Positions 26,487 to 32,000 of a DNA stretch of 32,000 nucleotides are shown one piece after another. The position numbers and the translations under genes are program-made. Under the pieces are notes generated by a model that was not told the origin of the DNA, did not search any database, and worked only from the letters and a program-made list of their open reading frames with translations. The stretch lies in assembly GCF_000009965.1 (NCBI RefSeq), contig NC_006624.1:750001-782000 (forward strand), written 5' to 3'. The stretch's first letter is position 1. The number at the start of each line of letters is the position of its first letter. Origin of the DNA: Thermococcus kodakarensis KOD1. Lineage in GTDB: Archaea; Methanobacteriota_B; Thermococci; Thermococcales; Thermococcaceae.

Positions 26487-27650
26487 ATGGAGACCCTCAA
26501 AATAGCGCTCGTCAGCGACTGGTACTATCCAAAACTCGGCGGGGTAGCCGTTCATATGCATGACCTCGCGTTGTACCTGCGGGAGAGAGGGCATGAAGTT
26601 GATATAATCACGAACAACAGAAAAACAGGAAAAGAGGACGAGCTAAGGGAACTCGGCATCGGGCTCGTCAAAGTTCCGGGCAAGATTTTTCCGAGCGCAA
26701 GCCTAAACGTCTCTGCCTTTGCGAAGGGCTACGGCCTGCTCGAGCCGTTAGTCAGGGGCTACGAGGTCGTTCACGGGCACCATGCGTTTACCCCCCTTTC
26801 CCTGAAGGCTGCAATGGCGGCGAGAAAACTCGGCAAGGGCAGTGTCGTGACGACACACAGCATAAACTACGAGAACTCCTTCACAATACGCACCATGTCA
26901 CGGGCAAGCTATCCCTATTACCGCTATCACTTAACTTACCCCCACAGGATAATAGCAGTCAGCAAGGCCTCCAGAGAGTTCATAAAGAGGTTCACAAGAG
27001 TGCCAGTGAGGATAGTTCCCAACGGGATCAACATCGAAAGGTTTGATATTCCCGTGAGCAAAGAGGAGGCCAAAGAGCTCCTGAACCTTGATGGGAAAGT
27101 CGTCCTCTACGTCGGGCGTCTTGAGCCCAGAAAGGGAGTGGGGACTCTCATATCGGCCATGAAAGACGTAGATGGAACCCTTTTGGTTGCAGGTTCAGGG
27201 AGCATGCTGCCCGTTCTCCGCAACAAGGCAAAGCTCCTTGGAATCTCCAACAGGGTGAAGTTCCTCGGCACGGTCAGCTATTCGATACTCCCCCTATACT
27301 ACCGCGCGAGTGATGTTTTTGTTCTCCCGAGCCTGAGCGAGGCCTTTGGAATAGTCCTTCTTGAGGCGATGGCAAGCGGGACGCCCGTAGTAGGAACAAA
27401 AGTAGGCGGTATCCCTGAGATTGTTGACGGCTGCGGTATGTTAGTCCCCCCTGGAAACGCCCGGGCGCTCAGCAGTGCCATCAACGAAATATTAAACAAC
27501 CAGAACCTGGAGAGAAAACTCGGAAAACTCGGAAAGCGCAGGGTGGAAAGGGTTTACGACTGGAGCGTCGTTGTGAAGTCCGTTGAGAGGGTTTACCGGG
27601 AGTCCCTGGAGGAGGCGGAAAAGGATGGGTCAAGTTATCCTCACGTTTGA
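26487..27650 (+). CDS. GT4-family (GT-B) glycosyltransferase
   Basis: N-terminus KIALVSDWYYPKLGGVAVHMHDLA and the C-terminal EX7E region LPSLSEAFGIVLLEAMASGTPVVGT. GAGGT lies 3 nt before the ATG. Confidence 0.88.
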   Translation: METLKIALVSDWYYPKLGGVAVHMHDLALYLRERGHEVDIITNNRKTGKEDELRELGIGLVKVPGKIFPSASLNVSAFAKGYGLLEPLVRGYEVVHGHHAFTPLSLKAAMAARKLGKGSVVTTHSINYENSFTIRTMSRASYPYYRYHLTYPHRIIAVSKASREFIKRFTRVPVRIVPNGINIERFDIPVSKEEAKELLNLDGKVVLYVGRLEPRKGVGTLISAMKDVDGTLLVAGSGSMLPVLRNKAKLLGISNRVKFLGTVSYSILPLYYRASDVFVLPSLSEAFGIVLLEAMASGTPVVGTKVGGIPEIVDGCGMLVPPGNARALSSAINEILNNQNLERKLGKLGKRRVERVYDWSVVVKSVERVYRESLEEAEKDGSSYPHV

Positions 27651-28353
27651 TGTCGAGCAGGACTGTCCGCCGTTTGCTTCGTCCACCAGAGGGATGGAAG
27701 AAGGCCTGCCTCTGGTCATGGACCTCCTGGAGGACAGCGGAATCAAAGGGACGTTTCTATTTACTGGAAGAATGGCAGAAAAGTTCCCCGAACTCGCCAG
27801 AAGAGCAGCCAAAAAACATGAACTCGGGTGCCATGGACTTGAACATGAAAGGTTTGACAGACTCCCCGGGGAAGAGGTTAGACGCCGGCTTTCTGAAGCG
27901 AGAGAGATCCTCTCCCGGTTTGGAAAAGTCGTTTCCTTCAGAGCGCCCAACTTCCAGTTTCCAGATGACCACTATCCAATACTTAAAGAGCTCGGATTTT
28001 TAGTTGATTCAACGAAGGCAAAGCACAAGGGCTGGCGAAGAGGAGTCACAGAGATTTCGGGCCTGCTCGAAGTCCCAGCAACTACGACGTCCATAGTTAC
28101 CCGCCTTCCGTGGACACTGCAAAAGCCCTTCCACAAACGCTTCGAAGACCCAATCGTTTACATATTCCATCCGTGGGAATTCGTGAGAATGAGCAAGAGG
28201 CTCAGGCCGGACTGCTGGTTTGGGACTGGCAAAAGTGCCCTTGAAAACCTCCGCAGGCTGATAGAATTCCACATTTCAAGGGACGCCGAGTTTCTTACCC
28301 TTAGGGAATTCTACCACGAATACCAAAAGCTTAAACGTGAAGGGGAACTATGA
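27625..28353 (+). CDS. CE4-family polysaccharide deacetylase-like protein
   Basis: Motifs TFDVE, HGLEH, FRAPNF and IFHPWEF correspond to CE4 motifs 1, 2, 3 and 5. ATG 27625 (MGQVILTFDVE) lies after GGAGGAGG. Overlaps the GT4 gene by 26 nt. Confidence 0.8.
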   Translation: MGQVILTFDVEQDCPPFASSTRGMEEGLPLVMDLLEDSGIKGTFLFTGRMAEKFPELARRAAKKHELGCHGLEHERFDRLPGEEVRRRLSEAREILSRFGKVVSFRAPNFQFPDDHYPILKELGFLVDSTKAKHKGWRRGVTEISGLLEVPATTTSIVTRLPWTLQKPFHKRFEDPIVYIFHPWEFVRMSKRLRPDCWFGTGKSALENLRRLIEFHISRDAEFLTLREFYHEYQKLKREGEL

Positions 28354-28368
28354 TAACTGGGTGAGAAC

Positions 28369-29418
28369 ATGCGCGAGGCGATGTGGTGGGAGCCGCTCGA
28401 AAACAACCGCGTGAGGTGCAGGCTCTGTCCCCTCAACTGCATCATAGACGATGGTAAGCGGGGCTCCTGTAAGGTTAGGAAGAACATAGGCGGAAGGCTC
28501 TACACCCTCAACTATGGGAAGGTCTCTTCGATAGCGGCCGATCCAGTTGAGAAGAAGCCGCTCTTTCACTTCTGGCCGGGTTCATGTGCATTCTCAATAG
28601 CCACCGTTGGATGCAACATGCACTGCAAGCACTGCCAGAACTGGGAGATAAGCCAGGCTGATGAAAGTTTCCCATACCTCCACGATATGACGCCTGAGAT
28701 GATAGTCACGATGGCGAAGAAGTACGGCTGTGAGAGCATAGCCTACACCTACAATGAGCCGACGATCTGGTACGAGTTCGTCCTGGACACGGCAAAGCTG
28801 GCCAAGAAGGAGGGCCTCTACAACCTCATGATAACCAACGGCTACATCAATGAGGAACCTTTCAGGGAGCTCGCCCCCTACATAGACGCAATGAACATCG
28901 ACATCAAGGCCTTCAACGATGAGTTCTACATGAAGATAGCCAGTGTCCCGAGCGGGGAGCCGAGCAGGAGGACGGCTGTGATAGCGAAGAAGGAATTCGG
29001 GATCCACGTCGAGCTGACCTACCTCATAATTCCAACGCTGAACGACAAGGAAGAGGAGATAAGGGCCTTCGCCCGCTGGGTCGTTGAAGAGACGGGCGAC
29101 GACACGCCAGTACACTTCTCCCGCTTCTTCCCGCACTACAAGCTCCTTCACCTTCCTCCGACGCCAGTTGAGACGATCGAGATGGCCTACCGCGTTGCCA
29201 AGGAAGAGGGTCTGAAGTTCGTTTACATCGGCAACGTGCCCGGCCACCCTGGTGAGCATACCTACTGTCCGAAGTGCGAAAAGCCTTTAATAGTCCGCTA
29301 TGGGTTTGAGATCGTTGAGTACAACGTGACCGATGATGGAAGGTGCGGGTTCTGCGGAGAACCCATCCCAATCGTTGGCACATACACAAAAAAGAGATAT
29401 CCTGGTATGTGGTGGTGA
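28369..29418 (+). CDS. AmmeMemoRadiSam-system-type radical SAM enzyme (PflA-like activase fold)
   Basis: CNMHCKHCQNWEIS is the CX3CX2C cluster motif. N-terminal VRCRLCPLNCIIDDGKRGSCKVRKN and DPVEKKPLFHF. C-terminal ribbon CPKCEK...CGFCG. GGTGAG lies 4 nt before the ATG. Confidence 0.86.
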   Translation: MREAMWWEPLENNRVRCRLCPLNCIIDDGKRGSCKVRKNIGGRLYTLNYGKVSSIAADPVEKKPLFHFWPGSCAFSIATVGCNMHCKHCQNWEISQADESFPYLHDMTPEMIVTMAKKYGCESIAYTYNEPTIWYEFVLDTAKLAKKEGLYNLMITNGYINEEPFRELAPYIDAMNIDIKAFNDEFYMKIASVPSGEPSRRTAVIAKKEFGIHVELTYLIIPTLNDKEEEIRAFARWVVEETGDDTPVHFSRFFPHYKLLHLPPTPVETIEMAYRVAKEEGLKFVYIGNVPGHPGEHTYCPKCEKPLIVRYGFEIVEYNVTDDGRCGFCGEPIPIVGTYTKKRYPGMWW

Positions 29419-29420
29419 AA

Positions 29421-30254
29421 ATGAGGCCGATTGAGGTTATCTTCTACATTGAGGGCCTATCCAACGACAAGAAAGCTTTAGAAAGCGCCATGGGCCAGAC
29501 CGTTGAATCACTAAAGGCCGAAAAAGGTGTCGAGATTAAGGACATCTACGTCGATGAGATAGTTGAAGACCCTGATAACGATCTCCTGCCATACTCCGGG
29601 ATGATAGAGGCCAGAATCAGGGGGCCTTTTGAAGTCCTTGTTGACCTGGCTATCCGCTACGCCCCAGCGGCCGTTGATCTCGTTTCAACAAATGGCATCG
29701 AGATTCCTGCGGAGCAACTGACGAAAATCCTTGGGGGCGTATCCTATCTAATGGGGCAACTAATGGAGAAGTTCGGGCCGCTGGCGGCGTATCCAAAACT
29801 CGATGAACTCCCAGAGCCAAAGGTGGGGTATTCCAGGGAAGAGATAGAGTCCATGATAATCGACGAAAGAATGCTCCTCTACAGGTTCGTTGTCGAAGTC
29901 TACGGAGAGGACGAGAAGAGGGTTGAGGCAGACATCAAGAAGGCCCTCATGTACGAAGGATGCAGAATAAACAAGTTTGCCATGCAGCAGCAGGGAGAGA
30001 ACGAAAAGACCGGCAGAAAACGCTTCCTGGTTGCTACAGAACTCATCTCCGGGATCGAAACTGCCTTCCAGCTGACGGGGAAATATGCCCCGGTTGCCAT
30101 ATCAGTAGTGGAGCCAGAGATCGTTGATTTGAACCCATCGGAGATCCAGGGTGTTCTTTCCGACCTGGCAGGCTTCGCTCACGAGCTTGTCATAAGGCCG
30201 CTAAAGGCCATGGCCATTGAGAAGGCGAACACCTCATTCAAGCTGACTAGATAA
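29421..30254 (+). CDS. uncharacterised protein built from two tandem homologous ~130-aa domains
   Basis: ATG 29421 lies 2 nt after the rSAM stop, with GGTGGTGA upstream. The ORF-track start at 29343 lies inside the rSAM gene. The halves align, for example RYAPAAVDLVSTNGIEIPAEQLTKILGGVS with KYAPVAISVVEPEIVDLNPSEIQGVLSDLA. Confidence 0.65.
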   Translation: MRPIEVIFYIEGLSNDKKALESAMGQTVESLKAEKGVEIKDIYVDEIVEDPDNDLLPYSGMIEARIRGPFEVLVDLAIRYAPAAVDLVSTNGIEIPAEQLTKILGGVSYLMGQLMEKFGPLAAYPKLDELPEPKVGYSREEIESMIIDERMLLYRFVVEVYGEDEKRVEADIKKALMYEGCRINKFAMQQQGENEKTGRKRFLVATELISGIETAFQLTGKYAPVAISVVEPEIVDLNPSEIQGVLSDLAGFAHELVIRPLKAMAIEKANTSFKLTR

Positions 30255-30296
30255 TATCGGCAAAAGGCGAATTATGTGTAGGCATTAGGTTAAGCC

Positions 30297-30333
30297 TTCT
30301 TTTCATTTTTACGGCAATCAGCGAGCTTTTTTT
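30297..30333 (+). terminator. multiple oligo-T tracts terminating the GT4-CE4-rSAM-unknown operon
   Basis: TTCTTTTCATTTTT (30297-30310) and TTTTTTT (30327-30333) lie downstream of stop 30252-30254 and upstream of the S-layer promoter. Confidence 0.45.
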
Positions 30334-30354
30334 GGCCGCTGAAAGGGTCTGAAA

Positions 30355-30370
30355 GCGAAAAGTATTTAAA
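30355..30370 (+). promoter_or_regulatory. BRE + TATA box of the S-layer gene promoter
   Basis: GCGAAAAG (BRE-like) immediately followed by TATTTAAA (30363-30370). The predicted TSS is near 30393, giving a leader of about 50 nt. Confidence 0.6.
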
Positions 30371-30393
30371 CCCCAAGTGGCCAGATAGGTATG

Positions 30394-30441
30394 ACAACAC
30401 TTAGTAGGGGCTAAAGCCCCAACAACCCAAGGAGGTGTTGT
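30394..30441 (+). other. predicted structured 5-prime UTR of the S-layer mRNA
   Basis: Outer helix ACAACAC (30394-30400) pairs with GTGTTGT (30435-30441, overlapping SD GGAGGTG). Inner hairpin GGGGC-TAAA-GCCCC (30407-30420). Confidence 0.4.
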
Positions 30442-30444
30442 GGA

Positions 30445-32000
30445 ATGAAGGTGAAGAAGATCGCGGCACTCGCAGTCGGTGCCGCTATGGTTGGCGCAAC
30501 CCTCGGCTTTGCCAGCGCTACCGAGGTCCCGAACATCCCGAAGGACTTCTTCGTTAAGAACGGAGAGCCCAACGTTAAAATCGTCATTGGAAGCCAGGCC
30601 GCTGCTCAGGATGTTGCTTCAGCCGCTGACATAGCCGTTGCCCTTGGTACCCTGCTCTACACCGAGGAGGATGTTAAGGTTAAGGACGCCAGCGTTGTTG
30701 TTAAGAAGGACGTCGCCTACGACCCGGCTGACATCCCGGTCTTTGACAACCTCTACAAGGGGAACTACAAGCTTAAGGAGGACCTTAAGGACGTTGAGGG
30801 CTGGTGGAATGGCGCCTTCGACAAGGATGACTATCCCGAGTTCACCGTTACTCTCAAGGACTCACCATGGGACGATGGTATCTTTAACAAGGACGACCCG
30901 GGATGGGAGGATGTCGGAAAAGTCACTGTATACAACGCCGTAGAGTGGAAGGACGGAAACGACAACAACTACTGGAAGGACCCGAAGGGCAACTGGCACG
31001 ACGCTACCGACGTCAGCATCCACTACACCGTGGCCATAGGCAAGATCGAGCTTAAGGGCTTTGACGAGGTCGACACCACCGACATAGACGAGTTCAGCGA
31101 CTTCACACTCATCGTTGACGACGTGGTCGCCAACGTGAGCTTCAGCCTGAACGCCTACGAGAAGACCCTCAAGGATAAAGTCCTCGGTGCCACTGAAGAG
31201 ACCTACGCCGTCAGTGACGTTAAGCCGAGCAGCTCCTACAGCCTCTACCAGGCCGATGTCATTAAGGGCGTTGAGAAGGGAGACACCATCACCCTCTTCG
31301 GCAAGACCATCAAGGTCCTCGACATAGGCGATGACTACATCGAGTACGGTAACGACTGGGGAGAGAAGTACGTCAACAAGGACGAGGTAGCAACCTTCGG
31401 CGACTATACCATCAAGGTCATCGATATCGACGTCAACAAGGTCAAGGCCCTCTTCGAGGTCTCAGGCCCGGCCGGAAGCAAGATAGTAACCCTCGACACT
31501 GACGACAGAACCGACATAAAGGACTCCGAAACCCTCTTCAACGGAGGCATAAGGATAAAACTCCTCGACACCTTCATTGGTATTGGTGGAACCACCAGCG
31601 CCCTCATCGAGGTCCAGACCGACATCAGCTACATCGAGGACGGCAAGGAGTTCATGCCCGGCTGGATAGCCAAGCTCGGCATAAAGGACGGCAAGCTCGA
31701 GTGGTTCGCCCTCCAGAACAAGGAGGAGCTTGAGGGCAAGGAGGTCAAGCTCTTCGACACCTACAAGGTTGACTACGTCGCCGACATCATGAAGAAGAAG
31801 AACCCTAAAGACGACAAGACCTACGCCGCCATGAGTGCCTACGTTGTCATCGACCCGCTCAAGCCGGAGTACACCACCAAGGAGCTCGGCGTCGGCGACG
31901 AGCTTGAGGGCTGGACAATCGACGACATAAAGGCCACCGCCAGCCCGGCCAAGGCCGCCGTCGTCAGCAAGATAACCACCCCGATAACTGTCCTCGACGA
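30445..32000 (+). CDS. S-layer protein precursor (Methanococcales/Thermococcales S_layer_N type), 5-prime part; continues beyond the window
   Basis: I translated by hand from ATG 30445 to 31998 (518 codons) and found no stop. Signal peptide MKVKKIAALAVGAAMVGATLGFASA. The N-domain pattern KNGEPNVKIVIGSQAAAQDVASAADIAVALGTLLY is typical of archaeal S-layer proteins. Acidic, D/K/E/T-rich, with extreme codon bias. GGAGGTG lies 7 nt upstream. Not listed in the ORF track because there is no stop in the window. Confidence 0.85.
   Translation, partial: MKVKKIAALAVGAAMVGATLGFASATEVPNIPKDFFVKNGEPNVKIVIGSQAAAQDVASAADIAVALGTLLYTEEDVKVKDASVVVKKDVAYDPADIPVFDNLYKGNYKLKEDLKDVEGWWNGAFDKDDYPEFTVTLKDSPWDDGIFNKDDPGWEDVGKVTVYNAVEWKDGNDNNYWKDPKGNWHDATDVSIHYTVAIGKIELKGFDEVDTTDIDEFSDFTLIVDDVVANVSFSLNAYEKTLKDKVLGATEETYAVSDVKPSSSYSLYQADVIKGVEKGDTITLFGKTIKVLDIGDDYIEYGNDWGEKYVNKDEVATFGDYTIKVIDIDVNKVKALFEVSGPAGSKIVTLDTDDRTDIKDSETLFNGGIRIKLLDTFIGIGGTTSALIEVQTDISYIEDGKEFMPGWIAKLGIKDGKLEWFALQNKEELEGKEVKLFDTYKVDYVADIMKKKNPKDDKTYAAMSAYVVIDPLKPEYTTKELGVGDELEGWTIDDIKATASPAKAAVVSKITTPITVLD

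Noticed and set aside
28594-29259. 221-aa ORF on the - strand
   Set aside because: Antisense shadow of the radical SAM gene, whose CX3CX2C and flanking motifs fix the true frame.
30638-30943. 101-aa + strand ORF (MPLVPCSTPRRMLRLRTPALLLRR...)
   Set aside because: It is out of frame within the S-layer gene. Its R/T/S/L-rich low-complexity product is an artefact of the strongly biased true frame.

Overview
This is a gene-dense segment with about 36 protein genes separated by short or negative spacers. It reads as core chromosome of a Thermococcus-like euryarchaeon (Thermococcales). Supporting signs: GGTGA/GGAGG Shine-Dalgarno boxes 4-9 nt before starts, BRE+TATA promoters of the AAGCTTTTAA type, oligo-T terminators and K/E-rich thermophile proteins. 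I also recall this gene order (apgM, thyX, argF, aIF5A, speB, EndoQ, S-layer gene) from Thermococcus kodakarensis, but that is unchecked memory.

Content from left to right:
- a Zn-ribbon protein coupled to a frame-broken Dph6-like ATP pyrophosphatase
- cobamide salvage genes (cbiB, cobD, BtuF-like lipoprotein)
- apgM, a Ca2+/Na+ antiporter, a HIT hydrolase, thyX, argF and an RNA m5C methyltransferase
- a coupled pair of a metallophosphoesterase and an unknown 328-aa protein
- a saccharopine-dehydrogenase-like gene, nep1 and a lower-GC polytopic membrane protein
- aIF5A, then a USP/ArsB-NhaD permease/USP operon, then speB
- a CBS protein with a CPA2 antiporter, and a ClC channel with CBS domains
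- EndoQ-type PHP nuclease, an AT-rich VapBC module and thiL
- a tight four-gene operon: GT4 glycosyltransferase, CE4 deacetylase, AmmeMemoRadiSam-type radical SAM enzyme and an internally duplicated unknown protein
- the highly expressed S-layer protein gene, which runs off the right edge and is missing from the ORF track

I saw no rRNA, tRNA, CRISPR array, transposase/integrase or convincing C/D-box sRNA. I also see no clear-cut novel defence or mobile system.

The best candidates for undescribed biology are:
1. the GT4-CE4-rSAM-unknown operon next to the S-layer gene
2. the metallophosphoesterase plus 328-aa unknown cassette
3. several exact palindromes or operator-like sites at promoters
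4. a structured S-layer leader

All family calls come from motif recognition by eye. No searches were run, and predicted TSS positions are extrapolated from TATA spacing.
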